Origin: Eledone cirrhosa | Taxonomy: Eukaryota | DNA: 64,000 nucleotides | Assembly (NCBI GenBank): GCA_964016885.1 | Contig: OZ024742.1 | Location: 17,732,001-17,796,000, forward strand | Direction: 5' to 3' | Notes under the pieces: generated by a model | Told to the model about the DNA's origin: nothing | What the model saw: only the letters and a program-made list of their open reading frames with translations | The model's database searches: none | Translations under genes and position numbers: made by a program | Shown here: in pieces, positions 24,070-37,099 of the stretch | Layout: every line of letters starts with the position of its first letter | Numbering within the stretch: the stretch's first letter is position 1

Positions 24070-26200
24070 ATTTCTGTATTAGCCACAAGGGCGCACAAGA
24101 AAAGGGGACAAAACAAAGACATGCCGGGGATTTTACATACAATCGTGTAAAAAAATATAAAACAAACAATTATAACAATCGAAATCCCCAATAGGGGGAA
24201 GGCGCCAGAAATGGGTTGTTTAATACCCCATCGATAGAAAAACCCTCAACTTAAGGAGCGTGTTGTGCAAGTGCTCCTTTCTTCCTTTTGCTCTCTTCTT
24301 CAACCTACAGGTTTATATACAGAGAAGGCCCAATCACTCGGGCCATTTTTGCCACATTCCCCCACTTTTCAGTAAATTTACTGGGGTGCAGTGCCTCTCT
24401 CTCCATTCTGATTCTGCTTCTAAAGTGGTATCTAAAGAAGGGAATGAGTTGTTGTCCGGGTAGAAAGGCATCTGTCCTCAGTCCTCTCAATCTCATCCAT
24501 CATATATCCTCGTTCACCATAGCCACTATACAGTTGGCGGTTTGATCCTTATGGACTCGGCAGTGAACTGGATTTGTCCCATACGCGATAGCAGTTGTTC
24601 CGCGTAGTTCCACGGGTCCGATACGCCCGGGAAGTGTACTATTGCGTGCAGGACGGTTTCAATGTCCTGCGCGCATCAGGACACGTCCTCTTGGAAGGAT
24701 TCTTGCCGGGGCGTCCGTGCCTGTAGATCTTGTCACGAACTGGTAGAGCTCCTCAGTAGCACTGCCAGGCCAGGGACCTCTGAATTGCACACGTTTGCGC
24801 TTTCCCTACCAGGTTCTCGACGACAAGCGCCAACCTCGCTGCCAACACCTTGGCCAAAATCTTTAACTCTGTGTTGAGCAGAGTTATGGGCCTAAAGTTG
24901 CTTAGTTCGTCCCCCTTGTTCTCGTCTTTCCTGATCAGCGTTACTACGCCCCTGCCTGTAGAACTGGGAATTCTCCCGTTCTGCTGCCAGTTGCAGTAGA
25001 CGGCCTCGAGGACGCCAGAGAACAAGTCTGGCATGCCTATGTAACGCTCATAGGGTAGACCATCTAAACCGGGTGATTTGCGTTTCCCGCAACGGCCCAG
25101 ACCGCCCCGTATCTCAGTGACTGTGATAGGTCTTTCGCAGAACTTGGCGTCCATGCTCGAGAGACGCGGCAGGCCGTCGAGGTATGAACCGAAGTCCATT
25201 GCCCCGTTCGAAGCACCACCACTGTGCCCGAACAGTTACGCAAAGTGCCGCTGAAAGGCCGCGCACATCCGCTTGGGGTCAAGTAGCACGCATCCGTTTT
25301 GGTCTTTCAAAGACCGAATTGTGGACTTGTTGCCACTTTTCGCCTCTGCTACTCGGGCCCAGCTAACAGCTTTCGCTCCCTCGTTTCCTAGAGCACGTAA
25401 TTTACTTCTGACCACGCAGCTTTCGTGTTTCGCGTCGAAGAACTGGTCCAGTGCCGTTCTCGATGCTAACAATCTAGCTGCGTTGCCACTCCTAAGCGTC
25501 TCCTCTACCTTGGCTACTAGTTCCGTTTCTGTTTTGTTTCTCTCTAAGGCTAACTCTCCGCTAAAGTCTATTGACTCTACTCTAATTACTTTCTTGAGGG
25601 AGTACCACCATCTGTTGTTGACGATGGCTCCCGTCAATTGTTGCTTAACTAATCTACTTATCCGTTCACTGTAGGCTTTACGTGTCGGTGGCGACACGTT
25701 CAGCTTCCAGTATCCGGGTCCCTGTCTATGTATTCTATCATGGTTGTTGCCTGTTGTGGATCCTGTACTCGGTGATGGCTATCACATCCATACTGTGTGG
25801 TCTAAGGTCGTTTAAAAGTTGGTCCTGTTTCCAGGGCATCCCTAGGCCACGCACATTCACGCTTCCAACTCGTAAACTAGCCATGTTGGTGGAGAAAAGA
25901 TGGCGAAAAAGGACGAAAAGGTGAACTTACCTTTTCGTTTCCTGGAGATCGGGTTGTTCAATCTCCATTTGGGTGCTGGAGGGGGTGATGGGTGGGGTGG
26001 CGAAACATTATAACAGGACGCGGTTGATGGGTTTCTGGCAGGTATTGCCCACGTCTCCATAGAAACCTTTATAAGTTTAAGTTGTGGAGACGATTCTGCT
26101 TTAACGAAAGTTTTGCCCTCCGTCTCCACGTTGGGGTTTTGGGATATGACCTCCATCAAACTCTTGTTGTTTGTGTTGATGTATGCGTATTGTTGTTAGA
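24060..26200 (-). mobile_element. Tx1-type (L1 group) non-LTR retrotransposon A, 5'-truncated with internal deletions
   Basis: ORF1 end (25857-26159); ORF2 start MASLRVGSVNVRGLG..DVIAITE at about 25885; KSPGLDGLPYE, NFRPITLLNTELKILAK; 3' tail ..AAATATATCTATATCTATATC. Confidence 0.85.
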
Positions 26201-26205
26201 TATAA

Positions 26206-29200
26206 ATAGATAGATAAATTTCTATTTATTTGCCACGAGGGCACAAAAGAAGGGGACAAATACATAGTGGGGGAGTTTACATAAATCGAGTAAAGAAAAA
26301 AGGAATAACAAAAATAATATAATAATAAAAAGTCCTCAAAAGGGAGGGGGCGTGTTCGGGATTGCACATACCCCCGAAAAGTGTGCAACCCTTTTCGCGG
26401 GGGAAGCCCAGAGAGGAGGCGCTCCCCCTTTCCTCTTCACTTCTTCACCTACAGAACAATGTAGAGAGAAGGCCCATTTACACGAGCCATTCTCGCTTCT
26501 TTCACCCACCTTTCATAAAACTGTCTGGGGCCAAGCACTTCTCTCTCCATTCTGATCCTTCTTCCGAAGTGGTATCGGAAGAAGTAAACCAGGTGATGGC
26601 CGGAGAGAAAGTCACCCGACATCAGACCTTTCAGGCGCGTCCACCACACAACCTCTTTCATCATGGCTATTACACACAGAAAGACCGCCTCTGCTTCATT
26701 TCTGAAGGGAGGAGGCGGCTTGATGTTCACCACAGACTAAGCGGTTAATCGAATCGGCGCCACACGCGACAGCAGTCGTTCGACGTAGCCCCACAGATCG
26801 GCAACGCCCGGGCAGTGTACCAGTGCATGCGCAACGGTTTCCTCGTCGCGCACGCATCTGGGACAGATCTTTTTCGCTAGATCCCTGCCCGGGCGCCCGT
26901 GTCTGTAGAGTTTTTCTCGAACGGGCAGAGCCCCCCGGTAACACTGCCAGGCTAGGGACCTCTGGAAGTTGTCCATGGGTCCCGGGCCGAAAGTTCTACC
27001 GAACAGGCTGGCCAGTTCGTCCTCCTCCATGCCTAGCGACTCTCCAAGGGTGTCGTCGCCCCTGCTAGCCACCAGCCCTCTATAGAATGTCGAGGTGGAT
27101 TCTCCACTGACAGTCGGGTCCGCTTGCCAGATAGCCGTGAGCGCCTGGGCACACTCGGTGTGCCAGTTGCCCAGTTTTCTCGGTCTTTGCTTCACCCAGG
27201 ATTGCAGCTCGGTGAGCGAGACGAGCTGTGGGAAGGCTCGCCTCACAAACGGTGCCCACACCGGCTGACCGGTGAGGAATACCTGTAGATGCCGTAGCCT
27301 CAATGTGTGCCTACGCATCAACAGCCACGGCATACCCAGCCCTCCTTTCGAAGGGTGCTGGCAGCAGATGGATCTCCTCACCATGGGAGGCCGCTTCTTC
27401 CAGAGGAACTGGAAGAGCATGCGTTCCATGATGGTGATCTTTTCCTTGGGGCAAGGCACGATGGTCAGGCGGTAGCAGATGACGGACGCTATGTAAGCGT
27501 TCGTCACCTCCGCCCATCCTTTCAGTGATAGTTTGCACTTGGCCCACTTCTGGGTCAGCGCAAACACCCTGCTCGTCACCTCGCCCCAATTCTTCTCCAC
27601 CTGGAGGTCCGGTCCGAACCAGACCCCGAGAAATCCAGAAATCCAGCCCCTGAAAACGGGTCCGAAGCCCGCCGCCGCTAGCACCGCATCCAGGTAACCA
27701 TGGTCGACCCTATCGAACGCCTTAGATTGATCCAAGTTGATCAGGGCCCCACCAAAGCCGGGTTCGTTGCCAACCCTCTCTATGATGTATCGCATGAGGT
27801 GGAGGTTGTCGTGAATGGACCTGGACGGGATAGCGCATGTCTGCGCGTCTCCCACCAAACCACCCACCACAAGCGCCAACCTCTTCGCCAACACCTTGGC
27901 TAAATCTGTAACTCTGCATTCAGCAGAGTTATGGGCCTAAAGTTACTTAAGTCGTCCCCTTGCTCTCGTGGTCACAGAACAGGGAATTCTCCCGTTCTGT
28001 TGCCAGTTGCAATAGACAGCCTCAAGGAGTTCGGAGAACAAGACCGGCATAGCTAAATAAAGTTCGTATGGTAGACCATCGAGACCCTAATTTGTGATCT
28101 GAATAGCCAACCATGATCAATTCTGGACAACTAAATACGTCCCTATCCTTACTCCTAACCAAAAACCTATCTAGGTACGATCTAGATTGTCCACTGCGGT
28201 TTGCTCAGGTCCAGGTTGGCGCAGTTGGACAATCTAGTCGAAATCTATCGACCAGGTCGAATCGATCGAGTAACCCCTTGAGGCTGCTACACCCCCCTTT
28301 ATCGGGACATGCCCCTGCATAGTCCCAACGCGCATCTAGGATTCCATTCCAGTCCCCCACTAAAAGCAGGGAACGCGACGTTCCTAGAAAAGTCTCCAGA
28401 CGCTGGAAGAAGTCGGCTCTTTCAGCCCCGAAGGGGGCATAAAGACCGACCAGTCTGAAAGCCCCGCCTTCACCGCCTCCGACGTCCAGCACCAGTAATA
28501 GAACCCCCGGGTCCGAGTGAACAATCTGTACGTCGAGAGCCAGACGTTTATCCAGCAGTACGGCAACTCCCCCCCCCCCCCGCCTCCGGGTTGACAGAGA
28601 GATGCGTGCATCTCAAAGTCATCGAAGGCGGGAGCCAGCTGTCGCACGCTGCTGATCCGACTCTCGCAAACAACTATCACATCGATACTTCGTGACCTGA
28701 GGTCACTTAGTAGCTTTGCTTGCTTCCAAGCTGAGCCCAGGCCACGCGCGTTCAAACAGCCAACTCTCAATTGATCTATTTTGGTGTTGAAAGTGGAGAA
28801 AGAAAAGCACCTACCTCTCCGGGTTGTGTAATTTCCATGGCGTCAGGTGTGTTGGGTGGAGGGATGTTTTGTGGTGGTGTGGGGGTACCCGAGTGTGGTG
28901 GCGTTGGGGTGTTTGGAGTCGTGTCAGGGAGAGGGGAGGTTATGGGGAAATCTTTCAAGAGGACGCGATTTAACGGTTTTAAACAGGGGGGGGGACTCAC
29001 GTCCTGTCTAAATTGTTCTTTTAAGGAACGATAAAGGTCCAGAGGGACCTTTATCATTTTTAAATGGGTGAAGTTCTCTGTTGAGATAAAGTTTGGCCCT
29101 TCGGTCTGCACCAAAGGGCTATTGTTTATTAATTTAAACAGTTTTTTTGTTTTCTTTATTTATATATGTGTATTGCAATGTCTTTTTTTGTGATGCTGTC

Positions 29201-30835
29201 AATGTTTCGGAGAGGGGAGGCGCAGATTTATTTTTGTTTGTTGAGGGTGGGGTGTTTTTTATTGGAGTTGGTGTTTGTGTGTGGGTTATTTGTGGTGTGC
29301 TGGGTGTGTGCTTTCTTTTTTTTCTTTTAACTTGTCTGAAGGCTTCTCCTCCTTCTTCTTCAGAAGTTGGGGGAAACTCTTCAGCGCTAGGTGGGAGGGA
29401 CGTCGTGTCTGGTTGTTTTTTTTTGCGGGAGGGGTAGATTTGTTGCTGTTTTTTTAATTATTTGTTTGGAATGCGTTTTGTGGTGGTGGTGGTGCTGTTT
29501 GTGTCGTGCTTGTGGTTGGTAATGGTGGTGGTGGTGTTTGTGTTGGTAACGGTGGTGGTGATTTTTGTGTCGTGCTTGTGTTTGGTGCTGGTGGTGGTGA
29601 TGTTTGTGTTGTGCTTGTGGTTGGTGGTGTCTGTATTTTGTTTGCTGTGTGTGGTATTAGTGTATTTTTGGAGGTGGGTGGTGTTGGTGTACTGTTTGTG
29701 GTGGGTGTGGGCAATAGTCCTTTTTGGGGGATACGTTTCGGGCAGTTAGCCTTAATGTGTCCCCTTTCCGTGCATAAATAGCATGCTGGTCTTCTCCCCT
29801 CTACAATTATATCTATTGGGGTGAGGTCATCCAGCCAGATGCGATCCGGGATTTGTGCTATTCTTTCGGGCCTCATTTGGACTAGTAGGTCGAGGCCCAT
29901 TCCCAGGAACGCATCTCCGGATGCCTTCCCCATTGACAGCACTGTGTCCTCGCCCATGTCTATGAAGCCAGCAATAGCCCACCAGAAGTCCATTGTGGGC
30001 AGCATTGTTTGTATTTTTACTCTCTGTGTTCTTCTACCCATGTAGGAGGGATAGAAGCTGTATGTTGTCGATGAGAGTGGGCTTAGGGAAAGCTTCTGCG
30101 CCGTTTCCTTGTCTTTTGTTAAGACCGAAATGCTGCCATAGAGTCGGTCCTTTCGTATGAAGAGAATATTCTTCATATAGTCTTTTAGGACCAACTCTAT
30201 CTCCATTTGGCTGGGTTGTGCTGGCTTTCTTGTTTGGTTTGATATTGTTCTGAAGAGAACTGTGTTCTCTGTTCTCGCTTTCTTGAATTCTGGGGGGGGG
30301 GGAGTTAATGGAAAACATTCCGTTCTCCCCCAAAACAATGTATTTCTTTGCTTCGGCCAGTTTTTCTCTGGCGGCAGTTAGGTCTATTGGTGTATATGTT
30401 ATGGACTGTTTTGTTTTCTGGGCGAAAGTTGCCCTGTTGTTATTTGTATTATTATTTTCTGTTTGTTTGTTTTCCGTTTGCTCATTTTCCGTAACATTTG
30501 TTTTTTCATTTTTCTTGTTTGTTTCGTTGTCTAATTTTGTTGTATTTAATTTTTGTTCTTCAGACTTGGGGGGCGTGGCAGAGCTAATGGCAGATATGTC
30601 TGCCATCTTTTCCGCCATGCTGCCAAGAAAGAAATTTTACAGCAAAATAGATATTTATTTTACCCCCTAAAAAGGGTGTAAATGTAAAAATGTTTCCCTA
30701 AATAACAGGGGTTAGTTTCCAAATGTGTTGCACTGAAAAATTTATCTGGTACTTACTATAGTAAGGGTTAATTCCGATGGAATAGCGGAGCCGATGTGAA
30801 GCGTGTCTTACTCTATCAAGATAGATAGATAGATA
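26206..30835 (-). mobile_element. Tx1-type non-LTR retrotransposon B, near full span but frameshifted and internally deleted
   Basis: ORF1 pieces 30034-30618, 29454-30338 (CYLCTERGHIKANC knuckle) and 28776-29114; ORF2 APE (LNARGLG, VGDWN, PTWT), RT (LDQSKAFDRVDH), GGLG, C-terminal CPRC..ETVAHALVHC; (GATA)n at both ends. Confidence 0.88.
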
Positions 30836-30886
30836 ATTAAAACTAATAAGACTGCCTTTGCATCTCTGTGTTTGTCTTGTCTACTC

Positions 30887-30963
<77 letters not shown>

Positions 30964-31004
30964 ATACAAATATTAATAAAATAGATATTCTTTTGATCAA
31001 TTAA

Positions 31005-31057
31005 ATTTTATTATACATATTTCAGAGGTACAACAGTACGTCCTCATCAGACAAAAT
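31005..31057 (-). ncRNA. Minimal type I hammerhead ribozyme in an AT-rich pLTR-like fragment (about 30980-31690)
   Basis: Minus: ATTTTGT-CTGATGA-GGACGTACTGTTGTACCTCT-GAAA-TATGTA-TA-ATAAAAT; related to the motifs at 59824 and 63692. Confidence 0.7.
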
Positions 31058-31849
31058 ATAATGATACATGACATACCCTGAGATGTTAAATGGTTAAGAT
31101 TTAATCAAGGTAGTGAAAATGCGAAAACGTAATAAATTCAATAGAGGATGTATGAGTAAGAAAAACGTTGCTTAATGTGACAGTTATAGAGATTTTAAAA
31201 TGTGGGATACTACAAGTTATGGTTATCTAGGAAAACGTCTCTTGAATTATAACTGTTTATGAAGGCAACTGATAGAAGATTTAAAGAGAGGGAGAGATAA
31301 AGGGGAGTAATATAAGCAGAAACATTTTTTTTCCTTAAAGGCTAAACGGTTAAGTTTCAAAATATTAATTTATGTTATATTAAGGGTGAAGAATCAAAAT
31401 TTTAAGTTTTTTAAAGTTGATGGTTATTTATATTTATTAATTTTATAAATTCTATAAATGTGTTAACATTTCTAAAATTCTGAATTTTATGAAGACAAAA
31501 TTTAAAGGATTTTACTTGGCCAGCGAAAGGAAAATTTACACTGTTGAATATTTTCCTAAATGTAATCTTTAACGAAAATTACGTATAAGAATGTCAACAT
31601 TTTCGGTATGTAAAGTTTATGAAGTACTTATTGTTAGAAATATCTAAAAATTAATTGTCAAGTCGTTAGTGTAATGATTAACGCAGAGTTTTCATCGACT
31701 TATATATATATATATATATATATGTGTGGAATTATTGTAATACATTAATATTTGTTATATTATATTAAATCTCTATATAAGTTCTACCTTCATGAGAGGA
31801 ATAAACTCTAAATAATAAATATGCTATTGTACAAATATCTATACAGTAG

Positions 31850-32700
31850 GGGCGTAGACGGCCAGCAGTCTAAAGGCACCACCTTCGCTACTGCTCACAT
31901 CCTGGACCACCAACTTATCGTCCGGGTCCCGGATGATCGACCTTACCTCGAGATGCAGACCTTTCCTAAACAGCACTGCCACCCCACCCCCCATTCCCGG
32001 CCTGCTAACAGATGCGAAGATCTGATAGTCGTCGAAAATGGGGGATAGTGCGCGCGTGTCGGAAATTCTGGTCTAGCTGACGGCAAACACATCCATTTCC
32101 AGCGACCTGAAGTCGTTGAGCAGGCAACACTGCTTCCAGGGTGACCCCTGGCCGCGAACATTTAAACTTCCTACTCTTAATATGGCCATGTTGGCAAGCT
32201 AAAAGAGAGAGGGAAGGTTTACTTACCTTCCGGGATCTTGTGAAGGTCGGGTGGTTCGACCTCCATGGTTGGTGGGGTTTCTTTTGGGAACCCCTTTAAA
32301 AGTTTTGATGTGGGTTTCACGTTCGGGGTTCCCACGTCTTGAGGAAAGCCCTCTCGAATTTCTTTGTGGGAATTGAGCGACATTCGCACCAGAAGCAAAT
32401 CTTCTGGCACGCAAAATGTGTTCAGTTCAAAGATCTCCCCCTCTGTTTGGATGTCCTCGCTTCGTGCTAAGAGGGCCATTAGTTTATCGTTGGCTCTTCT
32501 GACAAGCACGAAGTTTTTAATGTTTTGTTGGTGTGGTTTTATTTGTTTTTGTTTTGGTAACTGTGGTGGTGATGGTTTTGGTGGTGTTGCTTCGGGTACG
32601 TCTGTGTTTGTTGTAGGTGTGGTGTCTGCAATTTCAGGTGTCTGTGTGTTTATTTAGGTTCTTTGCGTTTCGGGGATTGTGGGGATGGTGTTGATGTTAA
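31850..32700 (-). mobile_element. Tx1-type fragment C (ORF1 end and ORF2 APE start)
   Basis: MAILRVGSLNVRGQGSPWKQ..MDVFAV.. starting at about 32189, paralogous to elements A and B. Confidence 0.75.
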
Positions 32701-32704
32701 TAAT

Positions 32705-33105
32705 AGTAATAATTGTTTCTACTATTGGCACAAGGCCAGCAATTACCCAGTACATTACTGGTACTTTATTTTATCGACCCCGTAAGGATGAAAGGCAAAG
32801 TTAACCTCGGCCAGATTTGAACACAGAATGGCAAGGGCCGTAACTCTATGCGTCAAAGCATGGTGTCCGACCCGCTACCGATACTGCAAATCCAATGGTT
32901 TCTTATATAGGCGCAATGCCAGCAATTTTGGGGGAGGGGAAAGTTGATTAAATCGACCCCAGTGTGTGACTGGTACTTTATTTTATCGACCCCATAAGGA
33001 TCAAAGGCAAAGTTAACCTTGGCGGGATTTGAACTCAGATCATAAAGGGCCCTAACTCTTTGCTGAAAAGCATGGCGTTCGACCCTCTACCGATACTGCC
33101 AATCC

Positions 33106-33106
<1 letters not shown>
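32705..33106 (-). mobile_element. Two tandem SINE copies (octopus-like family)
   Basis: Two copies of the core ..ACTGGTACTTTATTTTATCGACCCC..GGCAAAGTTAACCT..TTTGAACTCAGA.. with tRNA-like heads. Confidence 0.85.
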
Positions 33107-33190
<84 letters not shown>

Positions 33191-33194
<4 letters not shown>

Positions 33195-33467
33195 AGTCAA
33201 AGTGATCCCGATTGTCATAGGCGCACTGGGGACTATCTCCAAAGGTTTCCAGGGATGGTTAAAGAAAATCGGCCCCTTCACGCTTTTTGGAACGCTTCAA
33301 AAGGCATGCTTGCTTGGAACGGCAAGAACCCTCCGATACGTCCTGAATATCTGAGGCTGCAGGTAGTGGCTTGATATTCAATCCAACGGACTTTCCAGTT
33401 AACCAACATCAATGACTGAGATTCAAGGAATAACAATAACAATAATAATAATAATAATAATAATAAT
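33191..33467 (+). mobile_element. Very short 5'-truncated R4/Dong copy (family X) between (TAA)n tracts
   Basis: Matches 41411-41680 almost exactly. Confidence 0.9.
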
Positions 33468-33469
33468 GA

Positions 33470-33977
33470 TTTCTGAGAAATGGTATGAGCATAGGCCAGA
33501 GGCGGTGATGGAGAACAATCAGGTGAAGGTGCTGTGGGATTTTAGGATACAGACGGACAAAAAACTGGAACACAATAGACCTGACCTGGTGGTTGTGGAC
33601 AAAGAAAAAAGATCGTGTCTGATTGTGGATGTGGCCTGCCCTTTCGACACGAGAGTGCAAGAGAAGGAGAGGGAGAAAATTAACCGATACCAGGACCTAA
33701 AGTGGGAGGTGAAAAGGATTTGGAACTGCCATGAAGTCAAAGTGATCCCGATTGTCATAGGCGCACTGGGGACTATCTCCAAAAGTTTCCAGGGATGGTT
33801 AAAGAAAATCGGCCCCTTCACGCTTTTTGGAACGCTTCAAAAGGCATGCTTGCTTGGAACAGCAAGAACCCTCCGATACGTCCTGAATATCTGAGGCTGC
33901 AGGTAGTGGCTTGATATTCATTCCAACGGACTTTCTAGTTAACCAACATCAATGACTGAGATTCAAGGTATAACAAC

Positions 33978-34045
<68 letters not shown>
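33470..34045 (+). mobile_element. 5'-truncated R4/Dong copy (family X): RLE domain, 3' UTR, (TAA)n
   Basis: Encodes SEKWYEHRPE..RPDLVV..VDVACPFD..LRYVLNI*; only a few substitutions from 41150-41680. Confidence 0.9.
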
Positions 34046-34046
<1 letters not shown>

Positions 34047-35066
34047 CTGAAGGTGGAAGAGGTCTTATCAGTATAGAGGACTGTGTTCAGATGAAGAAAA
34101 GCAACCTACACAAATACGTGACTGATAGTAAGGAGCCAATGCTCAGAACTGTACTGAAGGAGAGGACAATGGACCAGGGGATGTCCAAGGAGGAAATAAC
34201 AACGAGGAGAAAGAGAAGCCTTCAGGAAAAATCCCTTCATAGTACCTTCTTTGAGAAAACTGAATTCAGAGATCCACAGACATGGAACTGGTTGAAAAGA
34301 GGACACCTTAAAAAGGCTACAGAAGGAATGTTAATGGCTGCGCAAGAGCAGGCCCTCAAAACGAAGTGGTTGAAACACCATATTTACAAGGAGGAGGCTA
34401 GCCCACTGTGCAGGATCTGTGGAGAGAGAGGGGAGACTGTGGCTCACATTGTATCCAAGTGTAAATACCTAGCCCAGACTCACTATAAGGGCTGGAGACA
34501 TGATGTGATGGGCAGGGTGATCCACTGGCACCTATGCAAAGTAAAAGATTTACCACATTCTGAGAAGTGGTATGAGCATAAGCCAAAGTCGGTGATAGAA
34601 AACGATCAGGTGAAGGTGCTGTGGGATTTTAGGATACAGACGGACAAGAAACTGGAACACAATAGACCTGACCTGGTGGTTTTGGACAAAGAAAAAAGAT
34701 CGTGCCTGATTGTGGATGTGGCCTGCCCATTCGACACGAGAGTGCAAGAGAAGGAGAGGGAGAAAATTAACCGATACCAGGACTTAAAGTGGGAGGTAAA
34801 AAGGATTTGGAACTGCCATGATGCCATAGGCTCACTAGGTATAATCTCAAAAAGTTTCCAGGCAGGGATGGTTAAAGAAAATTGGCCCCGCCACGCTTTT
34901 TGGAACGCTTCAAAAGGCATGCTTGCTGGGAACAGCAAGAACCCTCCGATAAGTCCTGAATATCTGAGGCTGCAGGTAGTGGCTTGATATTCATTTCAAC
35001 AAACTTTCCAGTTAACTAACATCAATGACTGAGACTCAAAGAACAATAATAATAATAATAATAATA
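34046..35066 (+). mobile_element. 5'-truncated, more diverged R4/Dong copy (family X)
   Basis: ORF 34091-34987 with CRIC..H..C, RHD and RPD; deletion and frameshift near the 3' end; TAA tail. Confidence 0.9.
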
Positions 35067-37049
35067 AAAAGCATTTGATAGTTTGCCACACAGTTGAATT
35101 GAAAAATGTTTAGAGATATTCAAAATATCTCCCGTTGTCAGGAGGTTCTTGTCATTCAGTATGAAGACGTGGAAAACGACACTCCTTTTGAATAGTGAAA
35201 AGGAATCACTGGAAGCTGGAGAAGTTAATATTAATTGTGGAATCTTTCAGGGTGACTCTTTATCACCGTTTTTATTCTGCATCGCACTTATACCATCAAG
35301 TAAAATGCTCAATGAAACAAAACATGGATATAAAGTCTATGTCAAAACCATTAATCACTTGTTCTACATGGATGACCTGAAACTATTTGCAAAAAATGAT
35401 GAAACAATTGCAAGGGTTTTTATCCACTGTGGAGCAGTTCAGTGATGACATTAAAATGGAGTTTGGACTAGATAAATGCGCCAAAGCAACGTTCACCAGG
35501 GGAAAGCTGCTGAAAAGTTCAGACATTAATCTTGATCGGGGAATGTGATAAGAGAACTTGATCAAGAGGAAACTTACAAATATCTAGGTGTTTGTGAAGG
35601 AGACGGAATCAAGCACTCGACAATGAGGGAAAAGATAAGGAAGGAATGTTACCGCAGAGTAAGAGCAATCTTAAGAACGGAATTGAATGCAAGGAATAGG
35701 ATCGATGCCATAACCACGCTTGCCATACCAGTAGTAACCTACAGTTACAATGTCATCAACTGGTCAAGCACACAGATCCGTAGGCTCGATACAAAAATTA
35801 GAAAATTCTTAACCATGCACAGAATGCATCACCCTAAGGCAGATACAGACAGAATATATCTCCCTAGGGAAGAAGGGGGACGTGGGTTAACCCAGTTAAA
35901 TATTGCGTTGAAAACTGCAACAATTGGATCATCTACATATCTAAGGGAATCACATGATTGGATGATCAAACTCGTTTTGAAACACGAAAGCATCAAAAGA
36001 TCATATTCCATTACAAAAGATGTACAAAGATACAGTAATGGACTACAAATTTCAGAAGTCCCATTTACTGCTGAAATAGAAAACACAGAAAAAGCAAAGC
36101 AGGTAAAAGTAACTGCAAAGAAAGAACTGCTACAGAAACTGGCTAAGAAATGGCAAGAAAAGCCTCTGTATGGAAAATACCCAGAGCGAGCTAACAATCC
36201 TGATGTTGACAAAACTTTAACCCATCAGTGGTTGGCATCCTCTGGTCTGAAATCGGAGACTGAGGGACTGATTATATCAGCACAAGATCAGTGACTGCCA
36301 ACAAAAAATTACCAAGCCAACATAATAAAAAATGGATGCAATCCATTATGCCGTGTATGTAAAAAACAACCAGAGACCATATAATTTCAATGTGCAGTCC
36401 TATAGCTCCAACCGAATACCTAAACAGGCATGAGAGAGCTGCACAATACATACATTGGATAATGTGTAAGCATTTTGACCTGCCCCATCAAAAGAATTGG
36501 TGGGAGCATCAACCACCTCCCATACTTGAAAAAGAAACATCTCAATCTTGTGGAACTTTAGCATCCAAACAGGCCTAAAAATAGATGCAAATAGACCTGA
36601 TATAATACTGAAGGACTTTAAAAAGAGGGTATGTCTGCTAATTGATATGTCTGTTCCAATAGACAAGAATGTATCTATAAAAACATTTGAAAAATTGAGC
36701 AAGTACAAGGACCTGGAGATAGAAATTGGAAAAATGTGAAAATTGAGAACTAAAACAATACCAGTGGTTGTAGGCGCTCTAGGAATGATACCTAAGGGGT
36801 CTAATGATTACTTATCGCAAATCCCAGGAAACCCGCGTATAGGAGAAATACAAAAGATAGTACTAATGGGAACTGCCCATATACTAAGGAAGATTCTGTC
36901 AATATAAATACATCACAATCTAAACACCTAAAGATGCATGTGTGTGTATGTATGTTCTTTCTTGAATATGGCGGACCTTGTTGTCTCTTGAGGTCACTGG
37001 TTGTGACTTGGTGATAACTCGTATGAACATAAAGCAAGATAAATGCAAC

Positions 37050-37099
<50 letters not shown>
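35067..37099 (+). mobile_element. 5'-truncated R4/Dong copy (family Y): partial RT and RLE, with stops and frameshifts
   Basis: KAFDSLPH, GIFQGDSLSP, FYMDDLKL, YKYLG, RIYLPREEGGRGL; 3' part matches 228-1078; (TAA)n 37051-37099. Confidence 0.9.
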
